DNA of 63,566 nucleotides from a virus (IMGVR_UViG_3300036803_000058:1-63566), one strand, 5' to 3'; shown: positions 8,806 to 17,154, numbered from the stretch's first letter. The notes: generated from the letters alone by a model not told the origin. Program-made: numbers and translations.

Positions 8806-9132
8806 ATGCCGACCTTCATCCCGCCCATGCCAACGCCACGTAAGCCAGAGCGGCGCCTCGGTGCGCAAACCAACAGGCGGCCGACAATCCGCCTGATGAT
8901 GCCGACCAGAACCACCACGCCGGACGGCAAGACCAACGACTTCAAATCGTTCCGCTCAGCCTGGCTGTTCCACTTCTACGGCCAGCCCACCTGCACCAAG
9001 GGCTTGCGCGAGCTCGCCCCCATCTACCGTGCCGACAGATCGCTGATCTACAACGGCGTCATCTTCACGTTCCTCCCCCCAACGGTCGCATCCGCTCCCT
9101 CTGGGGGCCCCGATACCATGAAGGACAAGTGA
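8806..9132 (+). CDS. Hypothetical protein
   Basis: ORF in the early cluster. Confidence 0.5.
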   Translation: MPTFIPPMPTPRKPERRLGAQTNRRPTIRLMMPTRTTTPDGKTNDFKSFRSAWLFHFYGQPTCTKGLRELAPIYRADRSLIYNGVIFTFLPPTVASAPSGGPDTMKDK

Positions 9133-9136
9133 AACC

Positions 9137-9487
9137 ATGCTCCGCTTCCTGATAGGCCTCGCCATACTCCCGTTCGCCATGATCGGGTTGATACTGGCCA
9201 TCTACATCCTGATGATCGTCGTCGACCCAAGCATCGCTCACGCCGCTGACTACCTGCAGAACCACAAGCTCGAACCTTGGAACCCACAATCTGGCGTGAA
9301 GATTTACAACGCGCCCAAGCCCTACATCCCGAGCTACACGACACCGACGCCAGCACCGCGACACGAACTGTCGCCGCTGATCACCAAGCACAACTCGTTC
9401 TTCGGCTACACGGAATACTGCGACGCGACGGGCTGCAGTTCACCGGTCTGGGATCGCGGCGACACCACCAATGATGAAGAGGACTGA
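9137..9487 (+). CDS. Hypothetical membrane protein
   Basis: Hydrophobic N-terminus. Confidence 0.5.
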   Translation: MLRFLIGLAILPFAMIGLILAIYILMIVVDPSIAHAADYLQNHKLEPWNPQSGVKIYNAPKPYIPSYTTPTPAPRHELSPLITKHNSFFGYTEYCDATGCSSPVWDRGDTTNDEED

Positions 9488-9490
9488 CCA

Positions 9491-9994
9491 ATGACCGACA
9501 ACGACACCCTTCTCGGCTGGTTCGAGAACATCCTCGAACGCCTGCAACCGATGGCGCTCGCCATGATCAACGACGAGACCGAGCATGTGCCGATGTTCCT
9601 CGTCTACTCGTCCGATCGACCGCACAAGGTGGCGGCGATACCGCTGTTCGAGCTCAACAACGACGTCAAGGACGCGGCGTTCGGCGTGCTGCGCTCGCTC
9701 GGCAGCAGCGACGGCGTGCACGCCGCGATCCTCGTGACCGAGGCATGGACGGTCGAGCGCAGCACCGACGACCCCCGAGCCAGCGACATGACCAGATCGC
9801 TCGAGTTCGAGCCCGATCGGCAGGAGACTATGATCTGGAATTGCGTCAGTCACGGCCAGCAACTGATGGCGATGCGCAAGATCGACCGCACCACCAAGGG
9901 CTGGGGCGGTGAGCTCAAGATCATCGACCCGTCCAAGGACATGATGAGCGGCCGCATGGTGGCCGACGACAAGGATACGTCCACCAGGCACTAA
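9491..9994 (+). CDS. Hypothetical protein
   Basis: 167 aa; GAGGA RBS; genome-typical codon usage. Confidence 0.7.
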   Translation: MTDNDTLLGWFENILERLQPMALAMINDETEHVPMFLVYSSDRPHKVAAIPLFELNNDVKDAAFGVLRSLGSSDGVHAAILVTEAWTVERSTDDPRASDMTRSLEFEPDRQETMIWNCVSHGQQLMAMRKIDRTTKGWGGELKIIDPSKDMMSGRMVADDKDTSTRH

Positions 9995-10061
9995 CCAAGA
10001 CAGTGATCGCAACGTTACACCCATCCGTTACCCGGTGGGTAAAACAAGGAGATGTAGGCAA

Positions 10062-10370
10062 ATGAATATCATGGCAATGAACAGAACCAACGACGGCAGC
10101 CTTGCCGTCCACCGTATCGGCCGGCCGCAAGCCGGCATCCTCTACACGATCTGCTTCGATACGACCCGCTTAACGGACATCGCCAGCTACGAGGTGCTGT
10201 TCCCGATCCAGGCCAGGCATGGCGTCAGCGTTCTCAAGGACGGCAAGCGCGTGCTGCCGGGCACCAAGCACTACAAGCTAGCGCGCCTGCTGGTCGAGGC
10301 GTTCACTGCAGGCGAAGCGCTCGGCCTCGCCACCCATGTCATCGCCCCTTCCCGCAAGAAGGCGGCCTGA
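10062..10370 (+). CDS. Hypothetical protein
   Basis: AAGGAG RBS; bracketed by palindromes 10028 and 10374. Confidence 0.6.
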   Translation: MNIMAMNRTNDGSLAVHRIGRPQAGILYTICFDTTRLTDIASYEVLFPIQARHGVSVLKDGKRVLPGTKHYKLARLLVEAFTAGEALGLATHVIAPSRKKAA

Positions 10371-10447
10371 CCGTTACCCGGTGGGTAACAAGCGTAGCGT
10401 AAGCGTAGAGTACAGACTATAACTCAACTAGGAAGAGCGAGAACGAA

Positions 10448-11188
10448 ATGCTAAGACGTATGATGCTGATCGCGGCAGCCGCCGCGCTCATGGCAGTCAG
10501 CCTGCCGCTCGATGTAATGGCTAAGGGAGGCGGTGGTGGATCTGGCGGTGGCTCTGGCGGCAGTGGCGGTGGGTCTGGTGGTGGCGGCGCTGGTGGTGGG
10601 TCCGGTGGCGGATCGGGCGGTGGCGGCAGCGGCGGCGGCTCTGGTGGCGGCGGTGGTGGTTCGGGCGGTGGTGGAGGCGGTGGAGGTTCCGGTGGAGGCT
10701 CTGGTGGTTCTGGTGGCGGTGGGTCTGGTGGTGGCGGCGGTGGCTCGGGTGGCGGGTCCGGCGGCGGCTCTGGCGGTGGTGGCGGGTCTGGTGGCGCTGG
10801 CGGCGGGTCCGGTGGCGGCGGCGGATCCGGCGGTGGTTCAGGCGGGTCCGGTTCTGGTTCCGGCGGAGGCGGCGGCTCGGGCGCTGGCGGCGGTGGCGCT
10901 GGGTCTGGTGGCGGTGCTGGCGGCGGCAGCAGCGGCGGCAGTGGCGGTGGCGCTGGTGGTGGAGGCTCGGGGGGCGGGTCGTCCGGTGGTTCTGGCAGCA
11001 GCGGCGCTGGTGCTGGCAGCGGCGCTGGCTCTGCTTCTGGCAGCGCTTCTGCTGGCAATGGATCAACAGGCTCGAGCATCGACCCAGGCAACAACGACGT
11101 CGGCGCCTACTTCCGGCATCGTGACGCGCTTACACGCTATCGACTGAGCGTACCGTCCAACCAGCAGGGGCAGGCACGCCAGCCCTAA
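10448..11188 (+). CDS. Exported Gly/Ser-rich low-complexity protein
   Basis: Signal-peptide-like N-terminus, then about 180 residues of GGGS/GGA repeats, then a short unique C-terminus. Confidence 0.75.
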   Translation: MLRRMMLIAAAAALMAVSLPLDVMAKGGGGGSGGGSGGSGGGSGGGGAGGGSGGGSGGGGSGGGSGGGGGGSGGGGGGGGSGGGSGGSGGGGSGGGGGGSGGGSGGGSGGGGGSGGAGGGSGGGGGSGGGSGGSGSGSGGGGGSGAGGGGAGSGGGAGGGSSGGSGGGAGGGGSGGGSSGGSGSSGAGAGSGAGSASGSASAGNGSTGSSIDPGNNDVGAYFRHRDALTRYRLSVPSNQQGQARQP

Positions 11189-11191
11189 CAC

Positions 11192-11390
11192 GAACGACCC
11201 CGTGCCTTTTCTAAAGGGGTAGGCACGGGTACTTGGCGGGCGTCGCCATGTCCCCCGGCGACGCCCGCTCTTTTTATTCATAATTCATGAACCACCCCTG
11301 CAGCATCGCAACATCTCCCCCGATGGTAGGGCGAGTGCAGGGTACTTGGGCGGGCGTCGCCACCTCCCCCGGCGACGCCCGCTCCTCTTT
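11192..11390 (+). ncRNA. Two tandem candidate sRNAs (stem, TACTTGG linker, terminator hairpin with C-rich loop)
   Basis: Units 11192-11275 and 11289-11390 share GAAC.ACCCC, GGGTACTTGG and CGGGCGTCGCC..TCCCCCGGCGACGCCCGCTC; the first stem differs in sequence but still pairs. Confidence 0.55.
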
Positions 11391-11486
11391 ATCCATTTTA
11401 TTCGGACAGTGGTTTGGCGTACTTACCCAGTGGGTAAGTCGAGCGTAAGCGTAGCGTATGATGTTAACATCAACTAGGAGCAAACT

Positions 11487-12017
11487 ATGTGTGAAGGATC
11501 TATCCACGTTGCTCACCGCAAGGCAACCACGAAGGAGTCCCTCGTGGTCAGGACCATCCCCGGACACGGGCTCAAGGGGTACTATCCCGCCGAACCGACC
11601 AGCAAGGACAACAGGCTGGTCTGCACCCTGCGTCGTCACAACGACGTGCGCATCGCCGAGCTGCATCTCGTGCAGGAAGTGAAGGCCCAGCTGGGCGCAG
11701 CCATCCAGAAGTACGATGGCAAGAAGGACCTCAAGGTGTCGTTGATCCACAACGGCTCCGACTTCATCGAGCTCGAGCCGGGCGTCCTGCTGCCGCTCGT
11801 CTACGTGCAGGACGGCGTGCGGGTCGAGATCGGCCAGCCCGTCATCACCGGCGATGCCGGCATGAAGGCCGTCGAGCAGGCGCTCGATGAGCAGACCAAG
11901 ACGACCACTTCCAAGGTCGGCAAGGTCCTCAGCATGACGCGCGAGGCGATCCGTTCGCGCGCGCGTCGGGCAGCGGCTGCCGCCCAGCGCCGACCGCTGG
12001 CGACCAACCGCGTCTAA
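11487..12017 (+). CDS. Hypothetical protein
   Basis: TAGGAG RBS; 176 aa. Confidence 0.7.
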   Translation: MCEGSIHVAHRKATTKESLVVRTIPGHGLKGYYPAEPTSKDNRLVCTLRRHNDVRIAELHLVQEVKAQLGAAIQKYDGKKDLKVSLIHNGSDFIELEPGVLLPLVYVQDGVRVEIGQPVITGDAGMKAVEQALDEQTKTTTSKVGKVLSMTREAIRSRARRAAAAAQRRPLATNRV

Positions 12018-12033
12018 TCTTTCACCCACGAAC

Positions 12034-12057
12034 GGGAGCGACCTTCGGGTCGCTCCC
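12034..12057 (+). terminator. UUCG-loop hairpin
   Basis: GGGAGCGACC-TTCG-GGTCGCTCCC. Confidence 0.6.
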
Positions 12058-12089
12058 ACTCGCTCAACCCATTACCCACGGGGTAACTC

Positions 12090-12296
12090 ATGTACGTCAT
12101 CCGCGGCATCGACGATCGAAAGCACGAGGTCTCGGTCGTGCACAACGGCACGTTCATCCCGATCCAGACCTTCCAGGTGCGCGCCAATGCCTTCAGCTTC
12201 GTGTCGTTCCTGAACGGCAACGCGCGCATCGAGCTGGTCGATCTGGGCGAGGCCGACCTCAACAACACCACCTACCAACCCGCATCCCTGCGCTAA
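12090..12296 (+). CDS. Hypothetical protein
   Basis: ATG directly after palindrome 12072. Confidence 0.55.
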   Translation: MYVIRGIDDRKHEVSVVHNGTFIPIQTFQVRANAFSFVSFLNGNARIELVDLGEADLNNTTYQPASLR

Positions 12297-12306
12297 GGAG
12301 CAACCG

Positions 12307-12534
12307 ATGTATCCTCTGATTGACTTCCGCGAGCTCTACTACTGGATCGTGCTCGAGATCTACTACCAGCGCTACCTGACGCTGTGTCTCAAGTTTGAGG
12401 TGCCGCCGCGCGACCGCCGCGGCTTCGCCGATGCTGGCACCGAGGAGAACCCCAACTTCGCCCCGATGATCCGCGCCCAGCTTCTGAGCCGCTGGCCGGG
12501 CGAGAGCCTGTCGAGGGCCAGCCAATGGCACTGA
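12307..12534 (+). CDS. Hypothetical protein
   Basis: TAAGGAG RBS. Confidence 0.55.
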   Translation: MYPLIDFRELYYWIVLEIYYQRYLTLCLKFEVPPRDRRGFADAGTEENPNFAPMIRAQLLSRWPGESLSRASQWH

Positions 12535-12812
12535 ACCGAACCGTCACCGGCGCCATCATCGACATCACCCGCCTCGCCAACGGCGATCGCGACAAGGCGA
12601 CCCGTCAGCTGCAGAGCGTCTGCTTCGTTGCGGCGTGGGCCGGCATGATAACAGCCGAGGACCGCGACCGGGTCTTCGAGCTCTGGCTCAAGTACGGCAA
12701 GTACAACCTGCCGGCCACCTGCCGGCACACCCTGCGCCGGGTGATCCGCGACCTGATCGAGGAAGGTCAGGCGATGAAGCTGCAGGCAAAACCCTTGTTA
12801 CCCACCGGGTAA
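12525..12812 (+). CDS. Hypothetical protein
   Basis: Stop codon is the TAA of palindrome 12798. Confidence 0.55.
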   Translation: MALNRTVTGAIIDITRLANGDRDKATRQLQSVCFVAAWAGMITAEDRDRVFELWLKYGKYNLPATCRHTLRRVIRDLIEEGQAMKLQAKPLLPTG

Positions 12813-12841
12813 CTGTTGTATATGTCCAATGGGAGCAAACA

Positions 12842-13363
12842 ATGCATAAGAAACGGTGTATATTTGGGTTCGTCATGGTCCTGTCATGCGTCTTATCTGT
12901 CCCTCCCCCATCAGGGGCCGCCGATCTCTCGGGTACGATCCGGGTGGTCGACGGCGACTCGCTGGTGGTGGGTGGCGAGCGCGTCCGCCTCGAAGGCATC
13001 GACGCGCCCGAGATGGGCCAGACATGCGAACGGTTAAAGCTCACGTACGATTGTGGTCAGGAGGCGCGCGACCTCATGGTGATGCTGGTGAGCGACGGCT
13101 CGGTCCACTGCCGCGTCAACGAACGCGACATTTACCAACGATGGTTGGGACAGTGTTTTGGTCGCGACCCGATTACCGGCGAGGCGACCAACCTCAACCT
13201 GCAGATGGTCGGGCGCGGCTATGCCGTGGTCTACCACGGCAGGAACCACGGCACGCCCGAGCTCCTGCAGGCCGAGCGTGACGCACGCGAGGCCAGGCGT
13301 GGCATCTGGGCTGGCCGCTTCGACTATCCCTGGGACTGGCGCCGGAACCATCCGCACCACTGA
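12842..13363 (+). CDS. Thermonuclease (SNase-like) with signal peptide
   Basis: VVDGDSL, RVRLEGIDAPE, DIYQR, NLQMVGRGYA and ARRGIWAG motifs. Confidence 0.9.
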   Translation: MHKKRCIFGFVMVLSCVLSVPPPSGAADLSGTIRVVDGDSLVVGGERVRLEGIDAPEMGQTCERLKLTYDCGQEARDLMVMLVSDGSVHCRVNERDIYQRWLGQCFGRDPITGEATNLNLQMVGRGYAVVYHGRNHGTPELLQAERDAREARRGIWAGRFDYPWDWRRNHPHH

Positions 13364-13377
13364 GAAGGTGTTACCCA

Positions 13378-13665
13378 ATGGGTAAATGCACATTCGTCGA
13401 CGGCGACGACCCCGACCTCGAGACCAAGTATCCGTGGCTCAAGCGCGTGCCACCCGAGTGGCAGGCCTATCACCTGATGCGGGCGCGCCAGTGGAAGCAT
13501 CAGATCAAGCTGATCCGCGAGCAGGCCCGGTTCGAGGCCGCGATCGAGGATTTCATCGCACAACTGGAACAACAACGGCGCGACCGGCGACGGCGCGCAC
13601 TTTTGTCAGGCACGGCTTTTGCTCTCTTGGCCGTGCTTGTCATGTGGGCAGGGAGCGTAATCTAG
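13378..13665 (+). CDS. Hypothetical protein with C-terminal TM segment
   Basis: ATG lies within palindrome 13371. Confidence 0.55.
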   Translation: MGKCTFVDGDDPDLETKYPWLKRVPPEWQAYHLMRARQWKHQIKLIREQARFEAAIEDFIAQLEQQRRDRRRRALLSGTAFALLAVLVMWAGSVI

Positions 13666-13681
13666 GGACATGGTGAACTAA

Positions 13682-14056
13682 ATGATCGACTCAGGCTTTG
13701 GCATGAGCCTGCTCTACGGGCTTGTGCTGGCAATGGTGTGCGGCTCCATCGCGCTTGTCGCACGCTATACCGACCGCGCTCCGTGGCTGCGCGCGGTCTA
13801 CGACTATTCGGGCTTCATCATCGTGTTGACGCCCGTCGCAATCCTGGTGTGGCATATCACCTACGTGCAGGAGCAACGCCATGAGCGCCGCCGTAACGCC
13901 GCAACCGAAGTGCCGATGGTGCGAGAAGACAACGCACCGGAGCGAGCAATGCCCGAGGATCAGTGCCCTCGAGTTCTATCCGCAGCTGTCGCCCGAGCAG
14001 CCGGTGCAGCTGAAGCGTGTCGAGTTTCACCACCCGCATCTGTCATCATCCAATAG
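13682..14056 (+). CDS. Hypothetical two-TM protein (3' part overlaps the next ORF)
   Basis: Two hydrophobic segments. Confidence 0.45.
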   Translation: MIDSGFGMSLLYGLVLAMVCGSIALVARYTDRAPWLRAVYDYSGFIIVLTPVAILVWHITYVQEQRHERRRNAATEVPMVREDNAPERAMPEDQCPRVLSAAVARAAGAAEACRVSPPASVIIQ

Positions 14057-14114
14057 GTCTGCCGGCCGGGTTCCTACATCCCCGGTCGATCAGCGGAGGG
14101 AGCCCGGTCAGTAG
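13881..14114 (+). CDS. Small CCHC zinc-knuckle-like protein
   Basis: CAGGAG RBS; CRWCEKTTHRSEQC fits CX2CX4HX4C. Confidence 0.55.
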   Translation: MSAAVTPQPKCRWCEKTTHRSEQCPRISALEFYPQLSPEQPVQLKRVEFHHPHLSSSNRSAGRVPTSPVDQRREPGQ

Positions 14115-14315
14115 CCCGCTACCCCGGTCCATCGGTGCGCAGAGACGCCGATGGATTGGCCATGCGGTTAGCCGGGCTCCTTCCGAGCGAGCTTCCCTGC
14201 CGGGCACAGTTAGACCGCTTGGCTAGGCAGGGGTCAGGGGAGGGTCAGGGCGAGTAGCCCGCTAAAGTGATCTTGGGAAGACGCACTGATGCGGTTAGTC
14301 CTGACCCAACCTCCC
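14062..14315 (+). ncRNA. Candidate structured ncRNA: four hairpins, two sharing a conserved core
   Basis: AGTAGCCCGCTA...ATGCGGTTAG at 14110/14162 and 14253/14289, each enclosed by a different paired stem; G-U pairs point to the + strand. Confidence 0.6.
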
Positions 14316-14338
14316 GTTACCCTGTGGGTAATCAGCCC

Positions 14339-14366
14339 TTGACACAATAAGGGCATAGTGTATAAT
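14339..14366 (+). promoter_or_regulatory. Consensus sigma70 promoter
   Basis: TTGACA-N16-TATAAT, 7 nt downstream of palindrome 14317. Confidence 0.8.
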
Positions 14367-14398
14367 AGTAATACTATAGCAACTAGAAAGGCAATCCC

Positions 14399-15148
14399 AT
14401 GTCGACACAACCACCGGCACCGGGCGACAACAGCGCCAACGCCTACAAGCTATTCCTCGACCAGATGCGCGAGCTTGGGCGCGTCAAGGGTCGCGGCGCC
14501 AACGCCCAGATCGAGGCAGCCGTGCAGTGCGTCGAGCGCGCCAGCGAGGGCATCATCGACGTCAAGAACACCGAGGAAGTATACGATGCCTTCTTGGGCG
14601 GCGAGACTCAGGCCGGCGGCGCCACCGGCACGGCCAACGAGGAGAAATCTGACCGGACAGTGCGCATCAGCGAGCTCCGCCAATTCGTCAAGATGGGCGG
14701 CATCAAGACGATCGACCCGGTGGCTTTGATCCACAACGCCGTGACGTGGATCAGGAACGCCAAGCAGGTCGAGAAGCTGGGTAAAGGCGTCAAGGTCTAT
14801 TCGGCGATGGTCGACGTGGCGCGCGCCCAGAACAAGATCCCCGAGCATGCGCTCACCGAGGACGAGTGCATCGCCGCGGCGCAGCCCAAGGCCGGCCGCG
14901 ACAAGGACGAGGCCGACTACTGGGGTCAGGTGCGCGACCGGATCGACAAGATCGAGAAGAAGTTCGGCACCAGCGACGAGATCACCAGGATACGCGATCA
15001 GGTCCAGCTGGTGATCGACGATCTGGGCGGCACCAGTGCCGACCGCAAGAAGGCCGAGAAAGCGGCGAAGGAACTGGCCAAGCTGCAGGGCAAGACCCCG
15101 GCAGCCGCGCCAGCGCCGGCCGGCAAGAAGGGCAAGGGGAAGAAGTAG
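14399..15148 (+). CDS. Hypothetical Lys/Ala-rich protein (probable paralog of 6393-7088)
   Basis: 249 aa behind the strong promoter; palindrome right after the stop. Confidence 0.8.
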   Translation: MSTQPPAPGDNSANAYKLFLDQMRELGRVKGRGANAQIEAAVQCVERASEGIIDVKNTEEVYDAFLGGETQAGGATGTANEEKSDRTVRISELRQFVKMGGIKTIDPVALIHNAVTWIRNAKQVEKLGKGVKVYSAMVDVARAQNKIPEHALTEDECIAAAQPKAGRDKDEADYWGQVRDRIDKIEKKFGTSDEITRIRDQVQLVIDDLGGTSADRKKAEKAAKELAKLQGKTPAAAPAPAGKKGKGKK

Positions 15149-15206
15149 TTACCCACCGGGTAACGTGAACTGCTGAGGGGCAGGTCCAACAGAGAGCGAG
15201 GGCAAT

Positions 15207-15401
15207 ATGAAAGTAGTCATAATCTATGCGGAGCTTCCGCATGTCTCGGAGATCTCGGTGAACCGGGAAGGCGTGATCGTGACGATCGACAAGTCACGGG
15301 TCGACAGCGGCTTCCTGGCACCCCTTATGACGTTCGAGATCGCAAGAGGAAGAGTGCAATGGCAAAAGGAGTATCCCGATGTCCCTACAAATCCCGATTA
15401 A
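15207..15401 (+). CDS. Hypothetical protein
   Basis: GAGG RBS. Confidence 0.45.
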   Translation: MKVVIIYAELPHVSEISVNREGVIVTIDKSRVDSGFLAPLMTFEIARGRVQWQKEYPDVPTNPD

Positions 15402-15579
15402 CAAGATCGCCTTGATCAGCTTCGAGTCGGCTGATCAGGCGGTCGCCATCCTGACCGATTGGATCAAGCTCAACGAGGACAACATGGATACACGGGTCTG
15501 GCATAGCGTTGATCAGGTGCGCACGGCGCTCGGCAAGCTGATGGACGATGCCGACGTGATCATGCTGGAGGACAACTGA
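15379..15579 (+). CDS. Hypothetical protein
   Basis: AAGGAG RBS. Confidence 0.55.
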   Translation: MSLQIPINKIALISFESADQAVAILTDWIKLNEDNMDTRVWHSVDQVRTALGKLMDDADVIMLEDN

Positions 15580-15681
15580 TGGACTGGAAGGGAAGCGACG
15601 TGTTCTGGGGCTGGGTCGTCGGCCTGCTGATGACCTTCGCGATCTGTGGCATCGCCATCGCCATCAACCATGGGAGATAAC

Positions 15682-15942
15682 ATGCGTACGTTCCTGTTCA
15701 TCGTGGCTCTCTGCATCTTTGCTTTCTGGGTGGTGCCGTGGCTGAAGTTGCGCAAGGTGGCCCGGTGGGCTGCCTTGCACGAACACATCCGCCCCAAGCG
15801 TATCCTGCTGTACGGGCCGGATGCCTGTGCTGACGTCGCCATCGCCGGCATGAAGGCGATCATCTGGCTCAGCAAGCTGGCGCACCGTCATCCCGTTATG
15901 ATGGCCGCCAACGTCAACGATCCGAAAGGCTACCGCTCATGA
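15682..15942 (+). CDS. Hypothetical membrane-anchored protein
   Basis: GGGAG RBS; N-terminal TM segment. Confidence 0.5.
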   Translation: MRTFLFIVALCIFAFWVVPWLKLRKVARWAALHEHIRPKRILLYGPDACADVAIAGMKAIIWLSKLAHRHPVMMAANVNDPKGYRS

Positions 15943-16196
15943 TCACCAAGATCTTCACGCCGCTGCAGGTGGTCCATCTGTGGGGCCACCAGTTCGGCCC
16001 CTGGCGTAGTCCCTTCACGGTCGGCGACGAACATATGCCGATGCCGATGCATCCGTTCACCTGCCCCAACCGGGGCGATCATCCAGAGCTCGCCGGTGAC
16101 AAGGGCGTGCTCGTGCCGACGGTCCGCGGCTGGATATGTCCGTTCTGCGACTACACGCAGGACTGGGCACACGACTTCATGATGGGCCACCGCTAG
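15939..16196 (+). CDS. Small Zn-binding hypothetical protein
   Basis: HPFTCPNRGDH...GWICPFCDYTQDWAH. Confidence 0.6.
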   Translation: MITKIFTPLQVVHLWGHQFGPWRSPFTVGDEHMPMPMHPFTCPNRGDHPELAGDKGVLVPTVRGWICPFCDYTQDWAHDFMMGHR

Positions 16197-16246
16197 TTTT
16201 ACCCAGTGGGTAAAGGAGAAGTTACATGTCAAATGGAGACACATAG

Positions 16247-16705
16247 ATGGCCAAGCCACGCAAAAAGATCGTGCTCGATCTGCCCGTCAAGGACGCGAAA
16301 CGAGATCTCGTCCTGCATATAACCCCGGCAGACATCAAGGGCAGCAAGCCGGGCGATGGCGATTACTGCGCCGTCGCCAACGCGCTCTGCCGGCAGGAGA
16401 AGTTCAAGACGGCAAGGGTCCACAAGGGTGTGACCTACGTCATGCACACCGATGGCACGGTCACGCGCTACAAGACCCCGCAGTCGCTCTACGTCGAGCT
16501 TCTGATCTTCGATCGCGGTGGTCGTATGGAGCCCGGCGAGCACAAGCTGCAGGCGCCGCGGGGCAGCGAACGCCTGGGCCATCACGAGAAGCCAAAGGGA
16601 CCAAAGGCCAGGACCGGCAAGCCGGTCCGGGCAGTCCATTTGGTGAAGAGCGTCCGCGAGGACGCGCCCAAGGGGATCCAGTCCCTGAAGGCTTTGTTCG
16701 AGTAA
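16247..16705 (+). CDS. Hypothetical protein
   Basis: GGAG RBS; 152 aa. Confidence 0.7.
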   Translation: MAKPRKKIVLDLPVKDAKRDLVLHITPADIKGSKPGDGDYCAVANALCRQEKFKTARVHKGVTYVMHTDGTVTRYKTPQSLYVELLIFDRGGRMEPGEHKLQAPRGSERLGHHEKPKGPKARTGKPVRAVHLVKSVREDAPKGIQSLKALFE

Positions 16706-16724
16706 ACAACAAAGGAGAGAAGCA

Positions 16725-16901
16725 ATGACGGAACAGGAGATCGAGACCGCCGTCCAGCAAGCGCAGGCGGCCATCGAAGAGCTCTGCTTGCCCGGCAAGA
16801 TGACGCCTGCCGAAGCCAAGGACTTTCTCGAGCGGGTGATCGAGCAGTGCCAGTCCTCGGTCGAGGCGCTGATCGAGGAGAACGAAGACCTCGAGGCCTG
16901 A
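16725..16901 (+). CDS. Small acidic protein
   Basis: AAGGAG RBS; starts MTEQEIETAV. Confidence 0.55.
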   Translation: MTEQEIETAVQQAQAAIEELCLPGKMTPAEAKDFLERVIEQCQSSVEALIEENEDLEA

Positions 16902-16908
16902 TTACCCG

Positions 16909-17154
16909 GTGGGTAAATCGGCCAATGGCAATCCGAACCTCGCAGCTATCCGCCGCACGGTGCGAGAGTTGGGCGGTACGATCACGGCGAGGGATGCGGG
17001 CGGCCGCACCCTTCGCCTCACCATCAAGACCAAACAGGGTGCAGTGTTCACGTACGGCGTAATCCGCCGCAAGGTGGACGACATGAAGCTGGCCGGTTGG
17101 CTCCGGCAGGAGTTCAACCGGGCCAACGCCGCGCACAAGAGGAGGAAGAAGTAA
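16909..17154 (+). CDS. Small basic protein
   Basis: GTG start within palindrome 16902. Confidence 0.5.
   Translation: MGKSANGNPNLAAIRRTVRELGGTITARDAGGRTLRLTIKTKQGAVFTYGVIRRKVDDMKLAGWLRQEFNRANAAHKRRKK

Noticed and set aside
10417-11147. Pro-rich, His/Arg-rich and Val/Ala-rich ORFs over the Gly-rich gene
   Set aside because: Shadow frames of a GGN repeat.
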